Positions 10,946 to 24,854 of a stretch of DNA of 64,000 nt are shown in pieces. This stretch comes from Octopus vulgaris (taxonomy: Eukaryota). Within the stretch, counting starts at the first letter, position 1. The number at the start of each line of letters is the position of its first letter. The translations under genes and the position numbers were made by a program. The notes under the pieces were generated by a model. That model was not told the origin of the DNA, ran no database searches, and was given only the letters and a program-made list of their open reading frames with translations. The stretch is from assembly GCA_951406725.2 (NCBI GenBank), contig OX597815.1, positions 28,210,001 through 28,274,000 on the forward strand, given 5' to 3'.

Positions 10946-12158
10946 CTGTTGAGTTGCTTTGAGCTTGCTCACTGTTGTCATCATTATCATTTAGCATCCC
11001 ATTTCCATGCTGGCATGAGTTGTACAGCTTAATAGGATCCAGCAAGTTACAGGGCTGCACTGACCTCCAATGCTAGCTTTGGCATGGCTTCTACAACTAG
11101 GTGCATTTCCTAATGCCAACCACTTTAAAGTGTATGCTGGGTGCTTTTTTCACACCACAGCACTAGTGAGGTCACCAACTAATTTTAAAACAGAAAAAAG
11201 CCTCCTCAAGTAAGTGGAAAATGAGTACTTGAGAAGAGGAGGGTTTTTTATGTCTGGTGTGGGTCAGCTAAAGTATGTTAGAGAGACAAGCACAGATGTC
11301 TTATTATAGAGGAGATAGATGGCTACTCCACCTAACATAAGAGTAGCAAGGAAGAAGAAAAATAGTAGTGATGGGATGCCAGAGTGAACTCTCAAGGTAC
11401 AAGAAGGTGAGTATATCATCATCAAACCTTTTATCAAAATTCATGTTTATACAGCATACGGAATTCCTTTTTTTTCTTGGTGGGAAATGTGTGTGTGTGT
11501 GAGACATGCATTTGTTGTAAACCCATCTTTTAATGCAGAGCTATCTTTTAATGCAGAACAAGGAGCAGACTACCTCACAGTATTTGTTTCAACTCTTTGC
11601 ATCCTGAGTTCAAATCATAATAGGGTTGACTTTGCCTTTCATTTTTGGAGGGTTAATAAATAAAGTATCAATCTAGGACTGTTAGAATGTTGGATGGATT
11701 ATCTTGAAACACCTGTTCTAGATCTTTGCATTCTGACAGCAACACCTGCCATGAAGCAGGTGTAAAGTTGTGTCAGCTTTTAAGTGCTAGCTTTTCTTTT
11801 GGACAATACTGGTGAGATGCAGAAGGCATACTTGCATGCTTGGGCAACAATCTGCCTTCCACTAAATACCATGATCAGGCCTGCCTGTATATGTGCAGAT
11901 ACATGATCAGCTCTGATTAGCAGGGGTTCATGAAGCATGTGTGTGTGTGTATGTGTGTGTACATGTGTGTGTGTAATTGGTTTCATGTATCAACTTTGCA
12001 GCTATTGCTTTAAAATAACTATGGACATGTTACATAAAGAGCAATGTCTGAAATATTGAATCTAATTAGTAACTCAACAATGGTGTCCCTGCATTCAATT
12101 TAGTTAAACTATGCACTTGTAAAAACTTCAATTTAGAATCTAAATAAATCTTATTTAA

Positions 12159-12378
12159 CCCTTTTGTTACCAACCTGACTGAAACCGGCCCTAGCTCTGA
12201 GTACAAATGTCTTCTTTTCATAAGTTTGGAATTAAAATCTTCCACCAAACCTTAGTCACAAGTTATGTTCCTAACACTAACTGAATGATAACTAAATTAT
12301 TTTATTAAATTCTTTGTTATATTTAAAGTAACTGAAAGAAATACAGAGCATCTCAAAATAAATACAGTGATGAAAGGG
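12159..12378. mobile_element. piggyBac-type MITE (family 1)
   Basis: TTAA at 12155-12158 and 12379-12382 flanking imperfect terminal inverted repeats CCCTTTTGTTAC / GTGATGAAAGGG. 220 bp, non-coding. Confidence 0.8.
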
Positions 12379-13408
12379 TTAAACTTCATTTTGTCATTCT
12401 ACCTTTCATACTTATTTGGTTCACATGTTTAATTAGAACATAAAAAAATTATTACAGGAAAAGGTACTGACAGATGTGTAAAAGATACTAAACAAATTTA
12501 TAGAATAAAGTGCAGTTTCAAACTAACTCTGACACAGCTCCACATCCTACTATTTTTCTTTTAGGTGTATATATTTTTAGTGACAGTATCCATATGTAGT
12601 ATTTTAATAACAACAGTTAAACGGTATCTAATTTAACCTCATTAACCACCAATATAAATAAATTAGAGTTTATGGTCAATAATGTAAATACTGTTAATAT
12701 CTAAATATATTGGTGTTGAACAGCATCCAGCTGGCATAGTGATGTAATCCTTGAACACTGCAGGATACTGTTGCAGAGACTGAAATAACATCTCCTTCAC
12801 TTTATATATGTAATAATGACTAAGATCTACATACGCTTTTAAAGTGAACTTTGTTATTTTCTTAAATGTCTTTCCACTCATTTTCTTATATCAGCGTGGA
12901 TTGAATAATTCTGCAAATGTGCTATTTTTGATATTTTATGCTTGAAGAAGGTGCAGAATATATATATATATATATATTTGTTAACAGTAGCCCACCTCTG
13001 TAGTGAAGATGGTCCATATATCACAACCAAATAGGCTAACATAAGTTATTTAGCCCAAAGTCAGCCCTGACTAAGCATAGTAATGATCAAAGACACATCA
13101 GCTGTGGCCATTTTTGTCTTTTTTTTTTGTTGAAGGCAGTGTGCGATAATGTTTAATGTATCCTTCTATTTGAAGATGGTAAGGTAAGATTTGAAGAAGA
13201 TTTTACTGTTATTTCTTGCAGGTCAAATGACCACATAGAAGCTCCCTTGTTGGACTTGCAATGCAGTATAACACAATGATATTAGGAAGTTCTAAACACA
13301 TGACACCAAAAGATTTATACATTGTCAAATGCTAAACACTGAGCTACTAATTCATTTATTTGTATAAAGTAAACCTTTATCCTCAAGCATTTGCCTCAAA
13401 AATATTCT

Positions 13409-13708
13409 CATCATTTAACGTCCGTTTTCCATGCTAGCATGGGTTGGACGATTTTGACTGAGGGCTGGCAACCAGATGGCTGCACCAGGCTCCAGTCTTG
13501 ATCTGGCAGAGTTTCTACAGCTGGATGCCCTTCCTAACGCCAACCACTCCGAGAGTGTAGTCGGTGCTTTTTATGTGCCACCAGCACGGAGGCCAGCCAG
13601 GCAGTACTGGCAATGACCTTGCTCGAATCTTTTTACACGTGCCACCGACACAGGTGCCAGTGAAGCGACGTTGGTAACGATCACGCTCGAATGGTGCCCT
13701 TTTACGTG
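13409..13708 (-). mobile_element. 5'-truncated RTE LINE copy
   Basis: CATCATTTAACGTCCGTTTTCCATGCTAGCATGGGTTGGACG...CTGGATGCCCTTCCTAACGCCAACC plus tandem UTR units. Confidence 0.85.
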
Positions 13709-13830
13709 TTACAATAGTAACAAAAAATGAGCTTTTGACGAGAAACTTGTAATTTTTATATCATAAATATAATGTGTTTAATTTTTGACCAAATTATTAT
13801 GATGCTGACAAAATATGTCCACTGTATTAG

Positions 13831-14050
13831 CCCTTTAGCAATTAAACCAACCATATTCAGTTCAAATATTCCACTTGTTTTATGTTAAAACTGGATAGAT
13901 CTGGCCTCTCACACCTACTCAACAGTGTCACTCTAAAAATAAGCAATCACATCATTGAAACCTCAAAGGTGCAAGATAATGGATGATTAATTCAAAACAA
14001 TGTGAATAAATGAAGAGTACGTTTGACAGAGAAATCTGAATGCTAAAGAA
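13831..14050 (+). mobile_element. piggyBac-type MITE (family 2), diverged
   Basis: CCCTTTAGCA...TGCTAAAGAA-TTAA. Colinear with 61481-61691 and 29602-29801. Confidence 0.75.
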
Positions 14051-14449
14051 TTAAAGCTACAAAACGTAACTAAACTTTGAAAAATTACTTAATCATCATC
14101 ATCCTTTTTTAAATGTCCACTTTTCCATGATTATGTTGGCTGGGCAGAGCTTACTGAAGTAGATTTTCTATGGTGGATTCCCTTCCTGTCACCAATGCTC
14201 ACCTGTTTCCAAACAAGATAAATCTCTCCATGGCCAGACAAGTTTTCGTATTAGAAATGAATAGTGACATTCATTTACAACCATCAAGCAATGTTGAGTC
14301 AAGGAGAACACAAATATACATACACATACACTGGCACCTTGGTTAAGTGTTTTACGTTATAACACTGGGCCAACCAAAGTCATTTGAGTTATACAGCAGA
14401 TGGAAACTGAGTGCGTGTGTGTGTGTGTGCATGTTTATATATATATATA

Positions 14450-14634
14450 GGGAGAGTTTACGAAAAAAATAAAAGACGAAGACAGGTGGTGTACAAAACA
14501 AACAGATGTATTAGTATAACGCTCTGGAATAGAAAAAGTCTTTTACCTTTCGAGCCTACGCTCTTCTACAGAAAGGGACACAGAAAAAACAAGGAGAGAA
14601 AAAATGTGTGTAGTGGCTAACGATCTATCATGGT

Positions 14635-14672
<38 letters not shown>

Positions 14673-14850
14673 TGATTGATCGTTAGCCACTAAACCTTTT
14701 TTATTTTCTCTCGTTGCTTATTTCTGTGTTCCTTTCTGTTGAAGAGCATAGGCTCAGAATGTAAAAGACTTTCTCACTTCCTGAGCATTAAACTAATACA
14801 TCTGTTTGTTGTTTGCACACCTGTCTTTGTCTTTTGTAAATTCAAACTAT
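14450..14850. mobile_element. Inverted pair of a ~185 bp hammerhead-bearing repeat (family E) around (TA)n
   Basis: 14450-14634 and 14671-14850 are diverged reverse complements. Hammerhead-like folds at 14540-14575 (-) and 14732-14767 (+). Third copy at 31507-31698. Confidence 0.75.
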
Positions 14851-14987
14851 ATATATATAAATCACGTAATCATGTGACCGACCAGGCTATCTGATGTTGC
14901 TATACATCGCTGGTCACAATGCACTTTGCATTGTTTTAGCCATCAAGTGATGCTACCCTGCTGGCTAAGTGAGTATGCCAGTATATA

Positions 14988-15045
<58 letters not shown>

Positions 15046-16716
15046 TACATAAACAATATAATCCAATGATGACCTAGCTGGCCAAAACAAAACCTTGAAG
15101 TTACTGTCAATACTATTCTTCTAAAAGAATTTATGGTCTACAAAAGTATAGAGATTAATGCAAAATTGTTTTTATTATAATTGAACATAAAAACAAACAT
15201 TAATATATATATATATATATATACATGCATACATACAATTGGCTTCTTTCAGTTTTTGTCTACCACATCCACTCACAAGACTTTGGTCTGTCTGGTGTTA
15301 TAGTGGTAGATAATCTACCACCTTGTGTGGTACCTTGCTCAAGGTACCACAATGGTGGGGTACTTGCACAATGGGACTGAACCTGAAATCATGTGGTTGA
15401 GAACATCTTAACCATACAGCTATGCTTGCAGTCAAGAAAAAACACCCACCACAGATATTATAAGGTAATTCTTCATGTATTTACACCAGCATGTATTACT
15501 TTTTACTAAAAGAAACCTCTACATGGCTGAACAACTGTGTATAAATAGCATCCAAATCCCTCTCAAATCTTACCCAACTGTTTAAAAAAAAAAAGGAGGA
15601 AGGACTTATTAGATAGAATAGTCTTATATACACTGTCTGAAGAGATGGGATTAGAGATCTGTGGTTTATCAAAGATTCAACAATAACAACAACAATATTT
15701 TACTAAATTGGGTGTTGCTAATACAGAGAACTATCAATTATCTGAAATTCAATTCATTATCTTATGAAAAGAGGAAAAAAATGCATTAAAAAAAGTAAAA
15801 AAAAAACAAACCCCAAAACAAAACAGACAACAATTTGTTTATAGCAGTAAACAAGAGTAAAATGTAATTTAATATTACTCTGGGTAGGGCAGCTACAAGT
15901 TGCATGAATGATACAAATGGTTGAAGCCACTTGAGAGGAGACAAGTATTTTATTTGCTCCCTACATGAAACATAATATAACTGAATATAATATGGCTTAC
16001 AACAAAGTATCACTGGAACATAAGCTTTGATATTTGGGTAATCTAATTATTATCAGTAGTAAGCTTAATGATAACAGAGTAACTTGTGTTTCACAGCAAG
16101 AGAGCCTGAGAACTATGTAAAGCTTAATGCCAAAAGTATTCTCTATACCAACTGAAATTAAGCTGTATTACAAGGAAGTAGAAGTGTAATACTGTGTGAT
16201 TAGGAAACATTCACAATGAAGAAGAAGGGACTGAAATGTATATTTTATTGGATGCATTCTATAAATAGGAATGTTAAAATTTAGATGATCCATAAAGCAG
16301 GCAATAACAGATTGTCTAACAATAGCTGAATTTATGTATCATATGGCAAGCTATTTCTTATAAATGAAATACTAAAAGTAAGGAAAACAATGATAACATT
16401 TTACTGAAGTTTTATCTGATGAATATTAGTCATAAGATAATGAAATAGAGTGATATCAGATAACAACTATAACATATTAGAGACTGAAAATAAATATTAT
16501 GCCAGTGTAACTATTTTACGAGATCCCTAATATGGAAAATTCCACTAACATTATTGCAACAAATCTGTCTTTTTTACTTTACCATATATAACAAAAGATA
16601 AGAATAACATATTTCTTATTGTACAGATACTGTAATCTCTTCAATAAAAAATCAAATGAAATTTAAAAATTGCTTCTTTCTATTGGATTATTATTATTAT
16701 TATTATTATTATTATT

Positions 16717-16875
16717 GAGTGAGAGAGCAGTTCATATCATCAAAGTGACACTGGGGTAAAATATACGAAGCCCAATATACCCATCATGACTACCCATCTG
16801 ATAAGGGTACACCAGGCACATGCATCACAACCATATGTGCGCAACATGGTGATCTCATATCAAGATAAACAGCAC
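16717..16875 (-). mobile_element. Short insert splitting an (ATT)n microsatellite; probable LINE 3' end
   Basis: 159 bp of more GC-rich sequence with pure (ATT)n on both sides. Family assignment is inference only. Confidence 0.55.
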
Positions 16876-18319
16876 ATTATTATTATTATTATTATTATTA
16901 TATCTTTTTAAATTAATAAATGAATTGAAAGAGAGATTTTTATTTAATATTAAGTTATGTAGACAGAAACAAATTGAATGGTATATATGTCTCAAAGATC
17001 ATATATAGGAACTCTTATCACCTTAGCTTAATATATTATAGCAAACTGACAATACACTGAAGTTGACAGATGAGTAGAGAATAACACAAAATGAAGTGTT
17101 GATTTATTAAGAGAATAATTTTCTAGTCTACTTACGATGAAAGTGGTTTAATAGTATAAGCCAGGAATGCATATAACATGATAACTAAGGCAGCTTTATA
17201 AAAATTAGACTGTATAATAAAGTTTAGGACTACTAAAATAGACTTAATTGTAGAAAGAAACAGTTTCTCAGAAAATTCCAATGTTAAAAAACCCAATGAT
17301 ACAAATAAGAATGGCAATAAAAATAAAACAAAGTGTGTTGAAGAGTAAATTTCTAAATGACAAGTGATATTATTGGTTTTGATGGGGAGTAAGAAAACTA
17401 AATAGATGTAACCTAATCTCAACAAAATTGATTTACCAAACAAATCTAAGATATCAAATTTTCAACAGAATGACGGAAGAAAAAATCTATTCTATCAGTC
17501 GCTTCAAGCTTCAGTTAGTAACAGATTGGAATATCTTTACAAAAACTAATATCAGTAAGAAAAAAAAAACAATGAACATAATTATTAACTTTATCTGTTT
17601 TATAACTTTTGCAGCAATGAGTTAAATAGTTCTGCCCGATAAAATATCTAAAATGTTGGACATAAAGACTATAATTTTTCAGACTATTAACTTCAACTTT
17701 AGAGCATGTATTTATAATATTTATATCTACACTGCATCGCCATCAGTTTTTTTTTATCTCCAATCATCACAAGTGTCTTCTGCCACAATGTATTTGACCT
17801 TACAATTTATTAAACTAGAATCTCATTCTTTCTTCAACCTTGACAACTACATAATAAATTCTTATTGATATCTATTTCTAAATTTGCACTGATTGTTACC
17901 ACCAGCTAACTTAAGATAAATCATTAAGTTATCACGTGTTTTTAGAATTCCTTATACGTTGACTAAAAACACACCTGTGTGTCTTCTCTAGCTGGTTACC
18001 TTGGTTAAATTAAAATTTCTTAGCTCTTTGGTTTTTACTCAAAAATACAATAAACAAGATAACAGTGTTAAACATTGAAAATTATATCCAATTTGCTTTA
18101 GATATTTTAGATCATCAAGCTGTTACTCATTAAGTACTTCTTTCACAATATCATACTTTTCAAGCAGGTAGCAGTCCTACCTTTCTTTGAAAAAAAAAAG
18201 TTAATTATAAGGGAGGTTTCATTGAATTATTTCCAGTTTTAATCAAGAACATATATTATTCTGCGCATATTCCTATACTTTTCAAAGTATCATGCAGTAT
18301 GTTCAGAGAGAGAGAGAGA

Positions 18320-18377
<58 letters not shown>

Positions 18378-18469
18378 AGTGCCTAGTGTCATTTTAGCTA
18401 AATCTATTTAAATTGGTATTTACAATAAATTGACAGCTTGTCAATATTTTAGCTCTGTATGGAATGTCT

Positions 18470-18760
18470 GAGGGAGAATCTCAGCATATGATGGCAAGGA
18501 AAGATTCCTAATACAGAAGTACTCTGAAGAGCAGATGTCCCATCACTCTACTCCATACTTAGATCCAGATGACTCAGATGGGTAGGGCGTGTTACATGAA
18601 TGGATGACTTCAGAATCCCCAAGAAAGTGTTGTATAGAGAACTTAACTGATGGCAGGAGCTCAAGACATTTGAAAGCTGTGGTTTAAGGGCCAGTGTAAA
18701 ACTATCCTGAGAGAGTTGTATCTCAATAAAGGAAAATGAGAAGAGTCAATAATGGACAGC
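18470..18760 (+). mobile_element. Old RTE (BovB-like) LINE ORF fragment
   Basis: Translates I*WQGKIPNTEVL*RADVPS ... LRWVGRVT*MDDFRIPKKVLYREL, matching RTE WQD.IPNTEVL and LRW.GHV.RM.D.R.PK..LYGEL motifs. Confidence 0.75.
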
Positions 18761-20527
18761 GATAAGTGATCAACTAGTTATAAAGAAGTCAAAGGTTATG
18801 AAGCTGCCTGCATTCAACATGCTGAGGAGGTAAGTCAAAGGCATAACTGCACAAGAGTGGTGGACGCATGCCTCAACATTGCTCTACTGAAGGTATTGTC
18901 AAAAAGCATGTTGAGCATACATAGAAGTTATCAGTCCTGAAAGGCAGTCTTTGGGAAGAAGTGGGACACCAAAAACAAAGAAGTTACTTTCTTTGCAATA
19001 TTTTTGACCAATGATGTAAAATGCTTCTAATGTGTAGTGTATATCTAATGGATTGTATATCTGAACTGTTGGGTGCAAGGGTAGGTGTAATTAAAAAGTA
19101 TTTATATTACATTTGGTCATTTCCACTAATAATTTTCTTACTGGAAGAAAAATATTGCTTTCTTGTCAGTATTGGTCTCTTTTTGAAAAAAAAAACTTCT
19201 TTTATCTTTTCATTTCTGGTTTTATCCAATTATTTTAATATTGTGATAATATTTTGTTATTCCTCAAACAGTCAATATGACTGTAGTATTCTTTGAAGAA
19301 TATTTATCCTATATACAGTAGTTTTATAGATTTTGCATAATCTGAGCAAAAAAAAAAAAAATAATGAATAAATGAATGAATAAATAAATAAACAAATAGA
19401 GAGAGAGAGAAACCTTGAAGAAGTTAGAAAAATTATTTAATGGATAAATTATTTTCTTTGAACAGAATGAAGACATCAACTGCTGGTGAGTCAAGAGTTG
19501 AACACGTAACTGGCTTTTTTATGGATGTGTTCAAGGCACCAATGATTGAAGGAGATATACCATTCAAGATAGGCTCTATTAAAATGTATTTAAGCCCAGT
19601 ATATCAGCATAAACTATGTTAAAGGAATTCAATCACTTAGAAATATTTGGCAATGAAAAATATTTATTGATGTCTTCTGATCTAAGAAAACAATCTGGAC
19701 TTGACATTTTGACTTCAGCAAGCAATATATTTCAGCTTTGCTCTGAATTGTTACTAAAGAAATGGCTTCAGTGTGACATTATGAGAAATGGTGACATTAT
19801 CTCACCTAGACCAGTGGTTCTGAGACTGATAAATACTGGCTGGCCCCTTTCCCATCAATAATTTAGTGGAACTTTTTTCTTTATTGTTCCCTCCCACCTC
19901 TTTATTAATAAAAGGAAAAAAAAATTCACATCAAAATAGTTCTTTTTTCCCTATGGCATTGGACAAATTTAAAATGCTGAATGTACAATATACAAAAACA
20001 CAGGAATTTGTCTGCTACTTTTTCAATCCTCATAGAAGCCACTTTCCATCAGAAACACTGACCTAGAGTACGTATAACTGAAGAGATAGATTGATAGTTA
20101 AGTTACTTCTGTAGTTAGTAGCACCCACCTCACGCTACTGATAATAATATCTCACATCTACAGGACTGAAGCTGTATTTATAACAAGTCAATTTAGCTGA
20201 AAACTAAGCAATGCTTACACATTCTTATTAAATTGTTAGCATTCATGTATAGAGTGATACAATACAGGCTTCAGGAATTCATATAAATACTTGAATTAGC
20301 AGAACTATACCACCTATTCTATTATTGAAAAAACAGAACTACAATAATTAAAAAATAAATGGAAATTAAAAAAAAACAAAAACAGAAAAAGAAAAGCAGA
20401 AAACAATGGTTCCTGAAAATAGGTTTTAATGCAAAATTCAATGGAAAAACTGATGGATGTGGAAATAGGTTTGACTTTCATTATTTATTTTTACACAATA
20501 AAAGATGACAATATAATATAGTCAATG

Positions 20528-20913
20528 GATGGAAGCACTCCGTCGGTTACGACGATAAGGGTTCCGGTTGATCCGACCAACGGAACAGCCTGCTCGTGAA
20601 ATTAACGTGTAAGTGGCTGAGCACTCCACAGACACATGTACCCTTAACGTAGTTTTCGGGGATATTCAGTGTGACACAGAGAGTGACAAGGCCGGCCCTT
20701 TGAAATACAGGTACAACAGAAATAGGAAGTAAGAGTGAGAGAAAGTTGTGGTGAAAGAGTACAGCAGGGATCACCACTATCCCCTGCCGGAGCCTCGTGG
20801 AGCTTTAGGTGTTTTCGCTCAATAAACACTCACAACGCCCGGTCTGGGAATCAAAACTGCGATCCTACGACCGTGAGTCCGCTGCCCTAACCACTGGGCC
20901 ATTGCGCCTCCAC
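20528..20913 (-). mobile_element. Full-length tRNA-headed SINE (family D) with 14-bp target-site duplication (TSD)
   Basis: Head GTGGAGGCGCAATGGCCCAGTGGTTAGGGC with a B-box-like GTTTTGATTCC. TSD TAATATAGTCAATG at 20514-20527 and 20914-20927. Near-identical to 28818-29203. Confidence 0.92.
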
Positions 20914-21754
20914 TAATATAGTCAATGTGACAGTAGGAAAACCTGGTGATGTTACCTACTACCACCTCTACTCACAGCAGTCCCTGCCTTGTTGAGAGTT
21001 AGATTTTAGATAAACTTATCTATATGTGAAGTCAGAAATGACACACGATTTTTGATGCTACGCTTAGGAATATACAATACAGGGGATACAAAAAAAAAGA
21101 AAAAGAAAGGAAACCCGAAGGTTTCATTCAGGGTTCTTCAATCTTTCTGCTTTGCCAAAACTACTGAATACCTATCACAGCATCCTGTATTACAATCAGA
21201 TGTCCTGCTGTACCAAGATAGAAAATTCTATTTGGTATAGTGTTAAGGATATGCAACATCTGGTTTGACAACAATAAATGGCAACCACCTACCCTTCCTA
21301 TTTTGATACAGCAGTTTTGGTCTTCAGTCTCTTGTCAAATTAGCACTGCCAGTCTATCTGTCATTGGCTTCTTGTCCCTTCCTCATTAATGAAGTTCTTT
21401 AAAACATCACAGAACTTGCTCCAATCAGGACACATGAGACTGCCTATGAAATCTAGAAGCAACATCACATTAATCATGTCTGGATGATTCATTAATTTAA
21501 CATAAATGGGGACCCATCCAGTGCTATAAAATCTCACACAGTCTTGTACATTTGCTTGATGAGCATCAACTGGCATATTTCAGCTTCACCTCCCATCCCC
21601 ACAATAGCACATGGTTAGACACTGTACCCTCAATGTTCACTGGTACCCAGCTGAATAATGACTGTCTCAGAATTTTTGTTTCACTCAAGGTTGGGCTTCG
21701 GATATACAAGTGACATAAATGCTGTTACAAATCTACAGTGTACACTTTTGGTTG

Positions 21755-22090
21755 CTAGCCTGGCTCAATAGCTAGAGTGTCAGGCTTACAATTTCAAAGT
21801 TCTGAGTTCGATTCCTGGACCAGGCTGTGTGTTGTGTTCTTGAGCAAGACACTTTCTTTTACACTGCTATAATTTACTCAGCCATAGAAATGAGTTGTAA
21901 CATCACAAGTGCCAAACTGTACCAGCCTTTGCATTTCCCTTGGACAGCATCAATGGTATAGAAAGGGGAAACTGGTATGCATGGGTAGCTGCTGGTCTTC
22001 CACAAAACAACCTTGCCTGAACTTGTTCCTTAGAAGGGAACTTTCTAGATGCAATCCTATGGTCACTAATGACTAAAGTGGGGTCTTTTA
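21755..22090 (+). mobile_element. tRNA-headed SINE with CORE-like domain (family F), diverged
   Basis: TGGCTCAATAG...GAGTTCGATTCC head, then TGTTCTTGAGCAAGACACTTT. Homologous to 24855-25179 and 60140-60475. Confidence 0.8.
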
Positions 22091-22289
22091 CTGTTTTTTT
22101 AATTTTATTTCACATAACTACCCATGTTACCTAAGTGCTGGAGCTGTGGATTATAAAACTGACAAAGAATTGACTGGCCTCTGATAGGTTTATTTTTGCG
22201 CATAAACAGATGAAAAGGTTGATGACCTTGACAGTTTGAGTTAAAGATGATCATCTGTAGAAATGAGCATTGCAAGATAAAATAGCTTA

Positions 22290-23360
22290 GTTATGCTTCA
22301 GCCAGAGATTGGCCCAGGCTACATCTAAATAGTACCAACTTGTAAGATATGTTAAGTCATTTTAAGTCGAGTTTTGTGGTATCAATTAGGGCATTGTTAA
22401 CTGAAAGGTATCTGGGTATAGGTGGCTTACCTGATATTCCTTCAAAAATTTGTCCCGATTTCATTTGAAGGTGATGGGATCTTTTTCTTCTTTGATTTAT
22501 TTTGGGATAAAGTTAAATAGAGCAATACTCATTGAGGAAAAGAAATTGTATTACAGTGAATTTATGTGTTGTGGGCCTGAATTATGTAGGGGATGTATGG
22601 CACATGGCCCCAGCCTGGGATGAATTCTGAATCTAATGTTCAGGTCATTTGGGAAATCATCATCATCATCATTTAACATCTGCTTTCCATGCTGGCATGG
22701 GTTAGATGATTTGACTGAGGACTGGCAAGCCAGATGGCTGCGCCAGGCTCCAATCTTGATCTAGCAGAGTTTCTACAGCTGGATGCCCTTCCTAACACCA
22801 ACCACTCCGAGAGTGTAGTGGGTGCTTTTATGTGCCACTGGCACGAGGGCCAGTCTAGCGGTACTGGCAACGGCTACGCTCGAAATGGTGTTTTTTACGT
22901 GCCACCTGCACAGGAGTCAGTCCAGCGGCACTGACCATGACTTCGCTTGAATGTTTTGGTTACGTGCCAGTAAGGCGACGCTGGTAACGATCATGCTCAA
23001 ATGGTGCTTTTTACGTGCCACTGGTACAGAAGCCAGACAGATGCTCTGCTGGTAGTATATTCTCCACATTCTGCAAAAGATGTGACACTTATGGTGCCAC
23101 TGGAGAGAATAAAGTTTCAATGTTTTACAGTGGTCCCAATACTCAAGATCAGTCATGCTTTTTATCTTTTTAGTGATTATTCTCATAATGCTTTTGTTTG
23201 GTGTGGGGAGACCACAGAGGGCAACAGTCTTTTACTCTTTCAGTGCATTTCCCTTGCTATTCTTTGGAGTAACATATTCACCATTTTGTCTTCTAATACC
23301 CACAAAATATTTTGTTATCTAAGTATTCCCTCCAATCATCGAGATATGGAGAAGCCAAAG
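22290..23360 (-). mobile_element. Old CR1-group LINE 3' fragment interrupted by an RTE copy
   Basis: Upstream half: CCPLWSPH...ITKKIKSMTDLEYWD..KTLKLYSLQ. Downstream half (22650-22400): IRFRIHPRLG...LFNFIPK*IKEEKDPITFK*NRDKFL. The motifs continue in order across the insertion. Confidence 0.75.
22657..23050 (-). mobile_element. 5'-truncated RTE LINE copy nested in the CR1-group fragment
   Basis: (CAT)n tail, GGATGCCCTTCCTAAC motif and several tandem UTR units. Confidence 0.85.
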
Positions 23361-24592
23361 TAATTAAACAATATTCTAAGTAGTTACCTGACAATACATA
23401 GTTTGTGCACAATGGCAACAAAATTTATATAGTGACATTAGATGCATGTGAAAAAAAAAACCACGTTTAATTCGATATGATATATTCTTATGCAAGGACA
23501 CCATCAAGCTTACTGGTCTCAAATATCAGCTGATACAGATATTAACAATGAACAATAAAGTATTGAGATAAAGGCATTTGAAAAGTAATATAAAAAAAAC
23601 ACAAAGCAGCTTGACAAGGGAGAAATTGCAGATAGTGGGAGAATTTATGTGTCATAAACAGCAGTTGGCAATAGTATGAAAATGAGATGCTAAACTGAGT
23701 AATGGAGTGATTGCATGAAAACTGCTTTATTATGAAGCTGTGATCATAAAAAAAAACAAAAACAATGAAGAGTTTAAGAAATTCATAACAATAAATTCAA
23801 TAAAACAATTATCAATTCTAAAGCCTTGAAATGTTTTAGTTTTTAATCAATCATTGATTAAAAAGTAATCAATGAAGAGATTCTGTTTGTGATTAAAACA
23901 AATCAATGATGTAATTGTGACGCATGCACACACTCACACATTGTGTGTGCATGTGTATATGTGTGTGTGTGTGTATAGTAGGAGAAAAATCTTTAATCTT
24001 TAGATTGCTTGAGGAAAGAAAAAAACATACTGGAAACTTATAAGTATTGTAGTTTAAGTGCATGTTGAAAGAGAGAGGGTTGTTTGGGTTAGTAATATCA
24101 AAGTTAAGTATTTCTAGGGCTTCTGAGTATGTATATAAGATAAGAATAGGACCCTGAGTTGCCTTTTTTTGGGTGGGTGGGAATCTAATAGAAGCAAAAG
24201 TGTTGTAGTCCTGGTGTAATTAGTTGGGGTATAACTTGTATTTAGTATTTCTATCTTTGTGTAGCTTGGATGGATAAGATATTTTATTGAATTTTATTTA
24301 TCCATTTATTTCAATTTTATATCATCATCATTGTTTTAATGTCTGGGTCAGACAGAATATATTTTACAATGGATTCCTTTCAGTTTCCATTCGCCAAATC
24401 CAATCATACGGCTCTGGTTGACCTAGGGCTATAGCAGAAGACACTTTCTAACGAGCCATTCAGTAGAGTGATAAGGAAGTATCTGTGACTTGATACAATG
24501 CAAACACTTCAAGGGACTTCATTCATAAAGCCCTGCCTTTTTCTGTCCTTACTTACATTTCTTCCCATTGCAAGTATTCACCAATGAAAGTT

Positions 24593-24651
<59 letters not shown>

Positions 24652-24854
24652 TGTGTGTATGTGGTTGTATCTGACAGGCTTCTGCCCTATTTCTGACAAA
24701 GAAGTTCCATTCACAAGGTATTGGTCAATTCAAGGCTGTAGTAGAAGACATAGCTACTCAAGGTGTCACACATAGGATCAATCCCAGAACCACATAGTAG
24801 TAAAGTAAACATTTTAACAACACAGGCATTCCTGCACTCATACATGGTAAAAGA

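Noticed and set aside
12663-12881. 72-aa ORF or terminal exon after TTATTTCAG
   Set aside because: No recognisable protein in any frame and no linked upstream exon.
15064-15088. ATGATGACCTAGCTGGCCAAAAC as a hammerhead remnant
   Set aside because: Both core halves are mutated and the stems are not convincing.
19465-19484. 20-nt plus-strand microexon (AACAG...GTGAGT)
   Set aside because: Splice-like signals alone are expected by chance in 64 kb, and there is no other support.
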